A stretch of DNA of 64,000 bases. Origin: Lama glama (lineage: Eukaryota). Of this stretch, positions 11,708 through 25,099 are shown piece by piece. The translations under genes were made by a program, and so were the position numbers. The DNA lies in NCBI GenBank assembly GCA_028534125.1, contig CM052817.1:39558001-39622000 (forward strand), given 5' to 3'. Numbering within the stretch: the stretch's first letter is position 1; each line of letters starts with the position of its first letter. The notes beneath the pieces are model-generated. The model searched no databases and was not told the DNA's origin. It was given only the letters and a program-made list of their open reading frames with translations.

Positions 11708-13694
11708 TAGTTAGTTTCCAGTGTCCTATCTGGGCAAAAATAATATATATCAAAGAGGCAGAGATTGAGAGGGGAAGAAATAAATGCAGGATGCTAACTG
11801 TGTGCCATTCATTTGATGTGCATTTATTCAGAGCTGTACTCTCCTTGAGTCAAAGATTGAGCCTTTTCATCCACTCTAGTGCCTGGCACACAGTGGGACA
11901 TTCAATAAATGCTTGTTGAATAAACGAATGAATGCCACTTTTATTTAGTTCTCCTGTTGCAAAATTTTCAGGCTCAACTTCTATAAAACAATGATTCCTA
12001 TAGCAAAAAAAATTAATTCCTCGTTTTTTTCTTCTCTATATTTCTTGACCTTTCCTCATAGAAACACTATTTATCTCCTAATATATCTCCAGTTTCACTC
12101 CCATTGGAAGGATCTGAGGAATCTATTGCTGTAAATAGAATAAATGAAGAGGGCAAGAGTTCTGTGTCCTCACATTCATCTCCCAAGAGTATCTGCTCCA
12201 TTTCTGCGGCTTCTCCGCTTTCCGGGAGCAAATGGAACAGAAAGCTAATACTATATTTAATGAGAAAATAATCAGCTATTGCCTATACAACACAACCTAG
12301 AGCCAAAAACATCCAGGGGGATCTGTTTCCAACATTTTCACAGGAATTGCATAAATACCAGAGATATTATGAAACTTAATTCAGATTCCATTTGTTTTTG
12401 ACTTACCATGGAGTGGATTTGGAACAATGAGTAATCCCAGAGTTCAATCTTACACAGAAAAGTTAAATAAACAGCTTTCTACTTATGGCCCGAAGAAAGC
12501 TTCACTGGACAGTTGTCAAGCAGGCAGGGCTGAGATACTGCACCAGGAGCTGATCCATCTGTGGTGCTTTCTCATGGATGTGGCTCTGACTGGTGTCAGG
12601 CAAGCCATGCTGTGAACTTGAACACCTTTTACCCAGCATGGTAGCAATGAGGTTATTTTAAGCCTTAGGGATAATAATGACATAAGTTTTTATAGTGGCT
12701 TTTAAGTCAAAAGCTGTCTAAGTGATTTTTCCCTACCCACTGGGTTAAACTTTTGTTTTCCCTTGCATTTTCAAAGCATTTCAGCATGAATCTGGGACCA
12801 TAAGCGCAAGTGGCATAAGTGGCTCAGGAAGATGATGGGCTCGAGGAGGCAGGGTGAGCAGCCCACCATAAACAAACTGATAGCAACGAGGTCTTGATGG
12901 AGTCACCTGTATCTGACACGTGGGAAGCTGCCTCCGGGGCCACTGAGGGGTAATCACCAGTGTTCACTAAAAGAGAAGGTGGAATGCAGCAGACCTCCAG
13001 GACAAATCCATCCCAAATTGGCGCCATTTAAACCCTCTGCGGGAGCGCCACTCAGAGCTTAATCTTCATCCCCAGCTTGACGCCTCATTCTGCACCTCTC
13101 TCCCAGGCTGGGATCTCAGGGCCTGCTGCTCCCCTGAAGGAGCACCAGGAACCAGTTGATGGCTGAGTAAAGTAGCAGGGCCATTATTGTAGCGACTGGC
13201 ACAGTCCCCATGTGCTGTCATCCCTGCTGCTCCATCATTACAGTGGCTCTCAATTCACAGGACTGAAAAAGGGAGGGGAATGGTCAGACATTAAACACAG
13301 CATCAGAGAAATTTTTTCTAGGCAGCCAACCACTTTGTCATTATGAACTGGTTTGTCTTCATAGAAATCAAGTAGTTAATCATCCCCCAAAACCCCAAAA
13401 AAAGAAAAGGGAGACAGGTGGTTTAACATGGGCAGGCTGAGGTGTAAACCCTGCTGAAGAAGAAAGCAAATGCAGCTCACTTGAAGAATGAACTTGCTGT
13501 CCAAGCTCTGGTTATGCCAGCAGATACACAGCCAACCCAGACCTGACCCAAGGAAAGGGGGGTCTGCTTCTCTTCCTCTCCTAGATGTCACTGGAGAGGA
13601 TCTATACAAGTGAGGTAAATTCCCTGAAATGCTGAGTGTAGGTCAGCACCTGAATTTTTCAGCCTGTGCAATAAAGAAGCAAGTCACAACCTTA

Positions 13695-13895
13695 GAGCCA
13701 AGCCTACCTGGGGTGGGAGTCTAGCTCTGCTACTTGCTAACCACAGCCTTCTGCAAGTTACGTATGCTCTCTGAGCCTCAGTTTCCTCATCTGAAAAATA
13801 TCTATAATGTTGCTGTGTATTTAAATGATTTGATTTATGGAAAAAACTAAGAAATATAACTGACATATAGTAAATACTCAGAAACAATAGTTATT
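13695..13895 (+). mobile_element. MIR SINE
   Basis: MIR core 'ctctctgagcctcagtttcctcatctgaaaaat' and the tail 'acatatagtaaatactcag...agttattatt'. Confidence 0.8.
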
Positions 13896-14143
13896 ATTCA
13901 GATAATTGGATGTCAGTTTGGAGGAACAGAACAAACCAATTGTGTGGAAGATTCAGTATGGGACCAGGAGGTGCACCAGGACTCTTAGAGATTAACTACC
14001 TACATATAGAAAAAGTTTGCCACAAATTTTTTGGTTGCTTTTACTTTTAGTTCCAAACTTCCTACTGCTTAGAAAAATAGGCACCAAGCTCATTTAGAGC
14101 TCTGAAAAAAATTAATTCTAAAATGTATTCTTAAAAAGTTTTA

Positions 14144-14754
14144 GCACTATTTACAATAGCCAAAACATGGAAACAGCCTAAATGTCCATCAGCAGATGAC
14201 TGGATAAAGAAGATGTGGTATATTTATACAATGGAATACTATTCAGCCATAAAAAATGACAACATAACACCGTTTGCAGCAACATGGATGTCCCTGGAGA
14301 ATGTCACTTTAAGTGGAGTAAGCCAGAAAGAGAAAGAAAAATACTATATGAGATCGCTCATATGTGGAATCTAAAAAAAAAAAGAAAAAAAAGAACATAA
14401 ATGCAAAACAGAAACATATTCATAGACATAGAATAAAACTTATGGTTGCCAAGGAGGAGGGGGGTGGGAAGGGATAGACTGGGAGTTCAAAATTTGTAGA
14501 TACTGACAGGCATATGTAGACTAGATAAACAAAATTATACTGTATAGCACAGGGAAATATATACAAGATCTTGTGGTAGCTCATAGCAAAAAAAAGTGCA
14601 ACAATGAATATATGTATGTTCATGTATAACTGAAAAATTGTGCTCTACACTGGAATTTGACACAACATTGTAAAATGACTGTAGCACAATAAAAAATGTT
14701 TTTAAAAAAATGACTATAACTCAATAAAAAACTGTTTAAAAAAAAAGAAAGGAA
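14144..14754 (+). mobile_element. 5'-truncated young L1 (~0.6 kb) with 11-bp TSD
   Basis: ORF2 end plus 3'UTR and poly-A. TSD aaaaagtttta at 14133-14143 and 14755-14765, at a canonical TT/AAAA endonuclease site. Confidence 0.93.
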
Positions 14755-15644
14755 AAAAAGTTTTATACATGCATTTTTTAAAATGGATGCAATGTCATCT
14801 TATACACCAGAAAAACCTATACCAATCACTGAAGACACCAATTTCAATTTTCATCACTAATCAGAATATTAACTTTTTAAAATAAATGATAAAATAGTTT
14901 TTGCTGTATTGCCAGTAGTAAATTTGGTCTTATTTTTTTTAATCCCCATCTGAATTTTATCACTTGCACAGAAACTGTTAAAGTATTTGGTACATTTAAG
15001 AAATCAAGCAAATAGTTAATGACAATGTAAGTTCCTTTATGATGCCCCAATCTAGTCTTTGGCAATTTAAATTCAAATTTGAAAATTAGCTTTAAATAGA
15101 ATGCATCCAGACACTCAGATGATTGGTTTAACGATTCACTGCCTAAGTGCTCTGATTAGTCTAAACAAAGAGCAATGTGCTGGAAAATTACAGGAGCTAG
15201 AAAAATAAACAACCTCCCACAATTTGATTATTAAAATTAAAAAACTGATTTTATATGTAAATTCAAGATGGCTGATAGCTTGTTCCTTTCATCGTCTTTG
15301 AATCAATGAAGCAACAAATATGTACTAGAGGCTTCTGGTAGCCTAGGCTCCATGACTAAAGCTTTGGAACCTCTAAAGATCTGTCAGTTACCCAAATGGA
15401 CCCCAGATGGATCCATACCTGGCTGAACGGTGGGGAAATGGAGTGCAGCCCTTTTAGGACTGTGATTAGAGTAGCCCTTATTGAGTGAGTCTCTTATTTG
15501 AATTTCCTGTCTCTCTCTTTCTCTTGTCATATGACTAAAATGATTTAACGGTGACTTGCCAATTGGAAGACAGAGTTCAACAAACATTATATCTATAGTT
15601 TATGCAGTAAATGGCCATTGTTTAGCATAAGAGAAGGAGAAGGG

Positions 15645-16140
15645 AAAAAATATCTATTGAAGGTTTACCATGTGTTGTATGTTTTGTACATTTCTCCTCA
15701 TTTAATCCTCACAATAATCCAATGTGGTATGTATTATTATAACCATTTTATAGGTGAGAAGACTGAGGTTAAGAAAAGCTAAGAAACTTTCCATAGGCAC
15801 AACAAAGCACTTACAACGTCACTGCTTTACATGAGGTCTCTATATGTTCATACCACTTTGTCCACAATTGCCAAGCAGACTCCAGGTCTTCCCCAAACTG
15901 TTGCAAAGCATTAGGAAGCAATATGTATGTGAATAAGAGGCTGGGTTTCAGAGTCAGGCCTGCATTAAAGTCTGTGTTCTTCCACTTATTCATGTAGGAT
16001 CTTGGGCAAGTTATTTAACCTCTCTAGGCTTAAGTCTCCGCATTTGTAAAAGGCAGAAACAGTTTACTTCATCACAATGTCATATTATTTGAGAAAAAGA
16101 CATATAAAATATTTAGCCCAGAGCATGCCATATTAATATC
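15645..16140. mobile_element. Two MIRs in opposite orientation (- at ~15645-15810, + at ~15935-16140)
   Basis: 'ctcatttaatcctcacaataatcc...ccattttataggtgagaagactgagg' and 'cttgggcaagttatttaacctctctaggc...catttgtaaaa'. Confidence 0.75.
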
Positions 16141-18335
16141 AAAAATGTACAGAGTGGCTAATGTGTGTTAGGCATTTGTTAAGAGTTTAAGCTCTCTCAA
16201 CCATCGAGTTCAGTAAATATTCATTGCAACTAACATTTCATTGTTGGAATAATCTAGCCATGTTTAAATATCTTTTAGTACTCCCCGATTTCCATAATCC
16301 TTATCTGGCTGAATTATCTTGGGCTTCAAAAAAGACTTTTATTTTTTTTTACCACACTTAAAAATAGTTTTCATTAATGTTGTTTGCTATGACCCTAGCA
16401 CAATGCAATATAGGTTTCTGTAGCATCTATATCTAAGAAACAAACTAGCTACAAAAAAAAACTTTAGAAGTAAATTGTAAGGTAATAGCTACTTGCAAAT
16501 CTGGTTCTATCAATATTATGAATTCAGGGACAGAAAGCATGTTCTTGGTCAGCCTAACAATGAAATTGAGTAAATGACACATGGCTATTCCAATCCACAG
16601 AAGAGGGCAGAAAGCTAAACTGGTCAAAAGAAAACCAGCCCTGCAGAGGTTTAATTCACATGCCACATAAACAAAATAACAATAGATAACCAATGTTTAG
16701 CTCTTATTTTGTTCCAGACACTGTTCTAAGTGTTTTAAATTTATTAATAAATGTAATCCTCACAACCTCCTTTGGGATAGATACTATTATTATTCTCATC
16801 TCCATTATATATAGTTAATATGACTGGAACCCAGGTGGGCTAACTCTTAAGTCCATGATTCCAGCAACTACCTCACATTCTCTGCATAGTATTAAAAGAA
16901 AATATAATATATAAATTATTTTGATAAAACAGAATCAAGTAGTAGATTTACTAGCTCATCATATAAATCCAATTTCTTTATTCCACAAGCCCATAGCTCA
17001 ATAAACCAACTATTGCAGATTTTAGGCAATGCAAAATCTCATCTGAAAATACATTAAAATTCAGGGAACTTCCTCCACTTCCATTCCCATCATTGCATTA
17101 ATCAACAGAAAGTTCTACTCAACAGTAGACATCATCTTTCATTTGGAATGTTCAGATTGCTGTGGTTAATTTTTTAATGGTTCAGATTTAGCTTCAATTA
17201 CCAATGAAAAATTATAGATCTTGTATATTAAATATTAAAACATTCCTGTAAGATTGCATATAGTTTGTTATTTCATTTTAAAAAATAGCTAACTTGAGCT
17301 TAGAGTGCTACCATCTCTATTTCAGTTCTTTGTACCAAATCTTCCTTTTGCTAAAAACAAAATCTTTGTGGTTAGAATTGTCCATAGAAATCTCAAGAAG
17401 TCCAACAAATCAATACTTTCAGACCATAAGTGATTCTGTAAATTAGTAATATGTCAAAAGATGTAAAGAGAGTTGTCTCAAAGGAGAACTAAGAATAGCA
17501 CCTCAGAGCTTGCTGGGGTTATTGTCTTTAAGGGGCAAAATAGCATTGACGATATGAAATCCTTAGTTAATAGCAAAGCTAAGTTAATTCACAGAAAATT
17601 ATACTATAAAGTGGCCAGAAAAAATTAAGAATCGCTATGGTCAATAAGTATAACAGCCAGAATTGAGATGTCACCAGATTGGCCCATAGTAATGAATGAT
17701 CCCCTGGAAGAAGGAGAAGCTACAAGAGATATAAAACTTTAGTAAACAGTTTTCAGGGCCTTTCATGTAAGGATTTTAAATTTTTTGACAGCATTCAGAA
17801 GTTTCACTTTAACATTTTTTTCTATAGATTCTTGCCTAGAAGACTGGTATATCTTAAAATAAAAATTCTTTTTGTACTTAAAAATTGCTGAAGTTCCTTG
17901 GGTTAGATCCAAGATGGCCAGCCTTAATGCCATGCTCAATTATGTATCAGATAGTTTTATTGTAAATTTCATTTATTAATTCATATCATTTATTCATTCC
18001 ACAAATGTTTGCCACTCACTATGGTCCAGTCTGTATATATGACACTGAGGATAGAGAGGAGAATAAGAAAGACAACTCTACAATGTCGGCCAACCCTACC
18101 TTAAAACAAAAAAAAAGACATATTAAAGGAAAGCAATAATAACTTCATAATACACAAAATTTTTTCCACAGGTGTTATTTTATCTTTAGATTCTTCCTGT
18201 GAGGAAGTTAATGCTGTATCCTTTTTACAGATGAAGAAATTGGAGGCTCAAAATCTTCATGTAAATTGCTAAGGGTAACACTGCTAATAAAGGAAGCAGA
18301 ACTTAAACTTGGAAATTCAACTTCAAAATTTAGAA

Positions 18336-18430
18336 GGACTGGGCATAGCTCAGCGGCAGAGCCCATGCTTAGCATGCGCTAGGTCCTGGGTTCAGTTCCC
18401 AGTACCTCCATTTAAAAGCAAACAAACAAA
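18336..18430 (+). mobile_element. Short tRNA-Ala-derived SINE copy / tRNA retropseudogene
   Basis: 'gggcatagctcagcggcagagcccatgcttagcatgcgctaggtcctgggttcagttcccagtacctcca' followed by an A-rich tail (aaaagcaaacaaacaaaa). It lacks the C-run tail of the other copies. Confidence 0.8.
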
Positions 18431-19869
18431 ATTCTAATTGATCCCATTGTATATTGTTTCAGCATTCAAGAGAGAAATGGATGATGGGCTTGGAAATGGA
18501 ATCTCAAATATGTAACAAATTCAGGATAATTTTTCTCATCAAATCGCTAAGGAAAAAGACAAGAGTAACTCTGAATATTGGGAAATGGGTCTAACAGCCC
18601 AAATGATAACTTCCAGCTAGTCCTTAACCTCTTGTAAAACTTAGGGCTTCCCACCACCTAAGCACGGGTAGGGGATAATTTCATTCCACTTCCAGTATCT
18701 CATAGTTGGAATGCCCTCCTCCAGGCCTCAACATTCTGATTTTCCATCTCTTATATTGCCACACACCATTCCATTTCTCCCAGTCTGCCATTCCCTTCAT
18801 GGCTTTACCTGCTTCCTTAGCTAGCTTTATAGCCATGACCAGCCATTTCCAAACTGCTTGAAGTACCTTAAAATCTTTGGTCCTTGACTCCCCAAAATCA
18901 GAAACCACGGTGATGGGGGCCCACATCTTTGTTCCCTAGCCTCTCTGTTCCTCGTTTTATCTTCTCTCATTTCCTCATAGTGCTTTTTCCAGTTCAGCTG
19001 TTTGACAACATCTCCACATTTCTCAAGGCTCCCCTCCCAGTCCCATTGCTTAATTCAATCCCCACTACCATCTCACATCTCAAGAGCTGACCTAACCTCT
19101 CTTCAGAACACTAGAAAACAAGAATTCATAGACTATGGTCTAAGGTCAAATTCTGAAGGCAGATAATTGATGATGTCATGTGGAAAAAGGAAGGGGGAAA
19201 AAGAAATGGCTGTAGGTTAGAGCAGGAGCCTTTGTATTCGCTCTAAAACTAGAAACATATGTGGAACATACAGGTAGGTTAACAACTCAAGGAACTTTAT
19301 ATGGTGGGAGATAATGACAGTATCAAAAATGGGGATACAAATTGGTAGAGGATATTACAGTGCCATGGTTTAAAGCCAAGTGAATGGGATTGTATTCTGT
19401 TCTTGGAAGGTAAGCTATGTGATTTTAAATGATTTTTTTTAATGTCTAAGGAAGATGATGGGAAGGAGGGAAACCCACTGAAGACCAACAAAGGGGTCAG
19501 AAGCTTTGCAACCCAAGGGTAAAGCTGTCTTTACGCTCTCCCTCTTCCCTTTTTGTTATTAGCAACTTGAAGTTTTCATTATAATATTAAGATGCCATTT
19601 TACACAAGATATGTACATATAACCCAAAACCTATATTTGTATTTAGCTTTTTAATAAAAAGTATCATAGCTTATTTATGCATACAATGCTCATTAATAAT
19701 TAAAGAGGACATGTGTTCAATGATTTGGTCTCTTTGCAATTTATTACTGTATTTGAAATAATTCTGGACTTCTTTTCCTAATATAACTCAGAACTAAGGA
19801 TTTTTGATAGCAAAGACATTTACAGGATGTTCTACCTAGCACCACCCTATCACCTTCTGGAAAGGAGTC

Positions 19870-20118
19870 TAGTCCTGTAGAGACAGATCATGGGCTCTAA
19901 TGCCAAGCTACCTAGCCTCAAATCTCAATTCTACCACATCCTTCCTAAGTTACAGGGGAGTAACTACCATCTCTGAGCTTCTGTTTTCTCTTTATAAACT
20001 TGAGAAATTAAAAACAGTACCTTCCTCATAAGATAATTAGGAATTAAGTGAAATGATACAGGTAAACAGGTAATAAGGTTTCCGGTATAGCATAAGAACC
20101 CAATAAAATTATTATTAT
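19870..20118 (+). mobile_element. MIR SINE
   Basis: 'atgggctctaatgccaagctacctag...ctctgagcttctgttttctctttataaa...cagtaccttcctcataag...caataaaattattatta'. Confidence 0.7.
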
Positions 20119-20600
20119 ATTTGTCTTAGGAACTGCTTCTTTTTCTCAGCCACATGGCTGCAATAGAAACTTACGTGATACAAAGAACAACTTCCCTTGA
20201 CCATAGTTGACTGATTTAGGACTAAACTCCCACCCTAATAAAATCCATGAGTTCCTTCTCATTTTTGAATTGGACTGTCTCTAACACATTGTGCTTGCTG
20301 TTCAGGAAAATGCAAATATCTCTATTAAAATGTTAAGGAAGTTTTAAAAAATATTTACAGTGTAGGAAGGAAAAGATTAAAGGTCTAGTACACTTGAACT
20401 TTTCTCTTGAATTTCCAGTGGGATGGTAACTTAAGACTCAGATCTTCATGAGCGAAAAGAAATTCTCTGTGGACAATGCGCCCTACTACAGACTTGAGTT
20501 TACCTTCCCTTCCCCCAGGTTCTTCCTTTCACAAATCATTCTACAACTCCTCCTTTTTAACCTCTACCCAACCACCAGCCCTGAGGAGTGTGTTCTATGC

Positions 20601-20820
20601 CAGTGGTTTTCAATCCAGGGCAGTCTTGCTCCTCAGGGGATACATGGAAATGCTTGAGACATTTCTGGTTGTCACAGCTTGGGGAATAATGTTGCTGGCA
20701 CCTAATAGGTAAGAGATCAGAGATGCTGCTAAACATCCTACAATGCACAGGACAGCCTCTCTTCCCACCAAAAAATTACCTGACCTAAAATGTCAGTAAT
20801 TACTGAGGTTGAGAAACCCT
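20601..20820 (+). mobile_element. MER20 hAT-Charlie MITE
   Basis: Start 'cagtggttttcaa', internal 'gagacatttctggttgtcaca' and 'gatgctgctaaacatcctacaatgcacaggacagcc', end 'gaggttgagaaaccct'. Confidence 0.9.
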
Positions 20821-21831
20821 CGTTTAAAGCCAAACAGAAATGAACCTTTCCTCCACTAACAAAGAGTCAATTCTACCTTTAGAATCAGTTTTTTTTTACC
20901 ATTATTATATACAAAAGTGTTCATTTCTTTCCTTGTCTTCCTGAATCCTACTAGAATCATATAGTGCTGCATTAGTCTTAAAGGTCATTTGCTACCCTGG
21001 GAATGGACTGGGATGATTACATTCACATAATTCAGAATTTAGCTGTCATGGAACCAGGAGGAGAAGGAAGGTTGCCAGTCTCCCCATCACAAGTGTATTC
21101 CAAGAAGACACATGGGAGAGGGCACATACTCTTAAGAAAGAAATATTGAATTATCAAGACAACCATTGAGATTATTAGTGTTGGAAGAACTTTGTCAGAA
21201 ACTTTATGTAAACTTGATGAGTCCACAAGGGGAACACTGACCATAAAGTCAATGAAGACAAATAAAAGGATGGGCTACAGTAACAAAGTTTCTAGAAGGT
21301 CATCATAAACAGTGGTGCACCTCGAGCAAGTGGTGAACCTCGAAGAACTGAAGTGTGGCTCCTGCTTTATTTCACAAACGCTATCAGTAGGATGAACTGT
21401 GGTGGTTATGTCATATTACCTGGTTATAGTACTGGCTGAAGGGCAATTAGCAGGAAGGTACAGTGCAGACAAATTCATGATGAAATGTATCCAGAGAACT
21501 AGACAGGCTTATTTCACACACAGGCTATTATAAAAATTACTTAGGGAGAGCACATTAGATATTTTTATATTATACACTGCACCCTAGGTACACACTATGT
21601 ATTTTACATTATAAATTAATGTTCCTATCGGCTAAAATCTGTAATAGGAATGAAAGTCAATTGAGCAAAACCACAGATTAATGTTGAGATCAGTAAATAT
21701 GTAAGATACAGAGAATTGAGTCAGTCAAGAAGAGGACTGAGTATTCAAAACTGTGGAAGCTGTAAGTAATGCCAAAGAGAAATTCGATCAACTTGATCCA
21801 TGCAATGGAAAGAAACAGACATCAACAGGGA

Positions 21832-21884
21832 TAATGAGTAAGGCTATGTAATGAGCAAGGCTATGTAATGAGTAAGGCTATGTA
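21832..21884. repeat. 17-bp tandem repeat x3 (taatgagYaaggctatg)
   Basis: Units at 21832-21848, 21849-21865 and 21866-21882, with one mismatch in the middle unit. Confidence 0.95.
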
Positions 21885-22032
21885 GAGAGGGCAATCTTAT
21901 TGCAAAGAATTCAAGCTTGAGCTCCTTATCGAAACTCACCATCACATATCCCCTATTCCATTGGACAATACAACCAAAACAATGACAAAAGAAACCATTT
22001 ACTAGTCCATTATAGAAACACTGAAGTTACTT

Positions 22033-22349
22033 GTGTGATAGACACAGAGATATGCTGTCCAGATCCCCTTTAAGGAAGGACTTGCTGACTCTTGTTCAGT
22101 TCCTTCCTGGAGCTTTCTGAGCAAGGTCAGGGGAGAAAGGACTGCTCATTTCAACCCACTGCAGGGTGCTCAGATGCAAAGTTTACTCCAAAGTTCCTCA
22201 CAGCATTGATCACAGTTTTGTTGGACTAGCATTGCAGTTTAACTACTTCCTCTGCCCCATTCTGCTTCCTTTCCTCTTCTTTCACCATAATAAATATTTT
22301 GCACCCCAAACTTCTTAACATCTGCTTCCAGAGAACCCAATTGATGACA
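22033..22349 (+). mobile_element. ERVL solo LTR (LTR16-like)
   Basis: 'gctgtccagatcccctttaaggaaggacttg', 'acttcctctgccccattctgcttcc', and 'aataaatattttgcacccc...catctgcttccagagaaccc...gaca'. Confidence 0.75.
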
Positions 22350-22439
22350 ATTACCTTTGGAAGAATCTCAGAGGTTCCTAGTCAGACCTTCCACTCAACT
22401 GCAATATTTCATAAAGCTTCAAAATGTCGCTGCCAAAGT

Positions 22440-22670
22440 CTGGTGTAAGTGGAGAATGCAGGCTTTGCAATCTCCCACATCCCTGGGTTCTAATCCCACC
22501 CCTTACCTCTAACTAGCAATTTAAGCTTAATTCCCCTAAGCTTGGTTTCCTTATTTATGAAATGATCATATTTACTGCAAAGAATGACTGTAAGAAATAA
22601 ACTTTTAGCAACATCTATAAAATGCCTAACTCAGTAACTGGAGCATAGCAGGTGTCCAGTAATTGTCAGC
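22440..22670 (+). mobile_element. MIR SINE
   Basis: 'cctgggttctaatcccacc...cttggtttccttatttatgaaatg...aatgcctaactcagtaactggagcatagcaggtg'. Confidence 0.7.
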
Positions 22671-24442
22671 CCTACTTCCTTTGAACAATAGAAAAAGAGA
22701 AATAAAATTTTTAAAAAGACCAAATAATTTACAAATGGATAAACCTCATTGGAAAACTAGAACTGCCAAAGTTTAGGGATATTGATTTCTTTGTTGATAT
22801 GTGTTACACGTTGTTTCCAACGTTATGGAGAACACATTTCCTGGATTACAGTTTATAAACCTAGTTAAGTAACCTGAGGCAGCAAGAAATTGCAACGGGA
22901 GTAAGGGAGAATATTTGAAGTAACCCTTAAAGCAGTTGTAACAAGAAGCACAGCCCTTTGCCTGCACATAGACGGAATCTACCCACACTCCTTCATATCT
23001 GCATCTTACAATAAGGAGTCTCTAGAGCATTGCTGGTCTAAAATGGGCTGTCCTGGTAACTAAGCAGTAAGAACAGCTGAAGAGAAAGAGGATTATGGTA
23101 GGATAAAAGAGGGGACTTGGTAACCATGAGAGTATAATAAAAGGCATCTATTCATGAAATTCAGCATCAAAATTTTTTATATCCAAAACTACTTAAAATG
23201 CCTCTCATGTAGTTCTCTACATCTTTGACATCAGGGCATGTAAACTTTGCCAACTGGATGAAAAATATTGACAGCTAGATGGTTATAAGAATATAAACAG
23301 AGGTTCTAGCTTTCAAAGCACAAGACTGTTATTTCGCAGAACTGGCTGTTTCCTCAGGTACCCAGCCACCTTGGAAGCCACTCATGACACAGAGGGAAGC
23401 TCCAGGAATAGACTCTTCAGTTATCTCTAGTACAAAACGTTGTTTTAGCCCCACAACTCCTAAGGAATGAAGCTAGTGTCAAAGATTTAATGCCTTTTCA
23501 CATTAGTGATGTCAGCACAAAATGGCCATCTTCTCTGAATAATTTATCTTCCCACCGCATAATTTTCTTATCTTTTTTTCTACATTTTGGCTTTTTACTG
23601 TAGATGGGGAGGTAAATGGCTGTGAGTCCCTGACAAAACCTGTGGAGCATCCTTCCCATCAATCAATTAAAAAACACTTACCTTACATTCAACATGATTT
23701 ATTTCTTGTTAATACAATTGTCTCACTATATCCTTCTATTATTATACCCTTAATTCCATTAGCCGTTCGCTTAATGCTTGCTTTAAGGCTGACCCCCAAA
23801 GAGCCTGGAAGAGAGAGGGAAGTCTTTCTAATAGTGGCATTGCCAATAAACTCTGGAAGCTCTTCTCCTAAAGCCTTGTAGGTCACGAAGAGATAGGTCG
23901 CAGAATGTATCCTGTCTCAAAAGAATAGAGCGGCCTCTCATTTATTTGTTCTGATGGATACTGCTTGATGGTTTAAAAATCCTTAAAAGCTCTTATCTTA
24001 AAAGTCAACACAATAGGTTCACAAAGCATAATCTTATCCATTGCATAGGGATTGATGAGACGCTACCAAGATTTCCTTAAATAAATTTTAAAAAGAGGGA
24101 GAGGGGAAACCATTTGTATTGTTTGAAGATTAATGGCTTGCTTGTTTAGGGGTGAAGCAAAAGGTTAACCTCTTACACAGTTAAGTGACACAAAAACATT
24201 GTACTATTATGTGTTGTAGCAGTGGAGTTACATGTTTTCTAGCAAATTTTTTCCATTTGGGTCGAAGCTTGAAAGCTCTGAAAAGCCCTTGTACCGCATT
24301 TCTAAAATTATATATTGAACAGCTGCAATAATTTTTCTCAGTGAGAACATATGCTCTCTTTTTGAAATTTAATTGTATGAATATCTTCATGCACTATATA
24401 AGCACATGTATTTCTATACTGATACATGCTGGATTAGGTCAT

Positions 24443-24966
24443 ATGTAGCAGGCACTATTGCTTGCCTAATAGCTGTTTCTCTCTGCTTCTGTGCAAATAG
24501 AAACACAGTTTTATTCAGAGGTCCACCTTTCAGAAATAGGGAGTCCATCCAAAGCCTTAGTGCAGATCTGAGACTTCGGATGGGATCAAAACCAGTCCTG
24601 GACATTCCATAGACCCTGCTGTCCTCTGATGTGGGGGCAGGCTTCTGGGACACGTTTCCTTGTTTTGAAAAATAAACACAAATCGTGGACATGGTTATGA
24701 CTGCCTGTGATGCCTGAAGTTTTGACCATCATCTTGCGGCCCTGGGGAGAGACAGCCAAGAACGAAGCTCACATCCTGGGGAGGACAGAGCAGAAAGACA
24801 AAAGGTACATTTCTTTGAAAACATAATTTATCCCTGGAATTAATCAAATGGGGCCAACCATACTTTAACACTTTTTGTCACATGAAATAATACATATACT
24901 CATTGTTTAAGCTAGTTAAGGCATCGTTGTCCATTAACTAGCTCTGGAGGCATCCTTCCTATCATA
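24443..24966 (+). mobile_element. MaLR solo LTR (MLT1J-like)
   Basis: Start 'tgtagcaggcact', internal 'ggacagagcagaaagac', and end region 'ttgtcacatgaaataata...cattgtttaagc'. Confidence 0.75.
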
Positions 24967-25099
24967 TCTTAGGTGCTCTTCTAAAGCAGTCTTTTCCCGC
25001 TTAGCCCTATTCCAAATTAACCTGTGTGAACAACCTCCAGTGTGTCATCTGTGTTTTTCTCCACGTACACTTGATCACATACAAGCACTTAGAAATACA

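Noticed and set aside
21832..21884. Repeat array as a possible CRISPR-like structure
   Set aside because: Units are directly adjacent with no spacers and the context is mammalian. It is a simple minisatellite.
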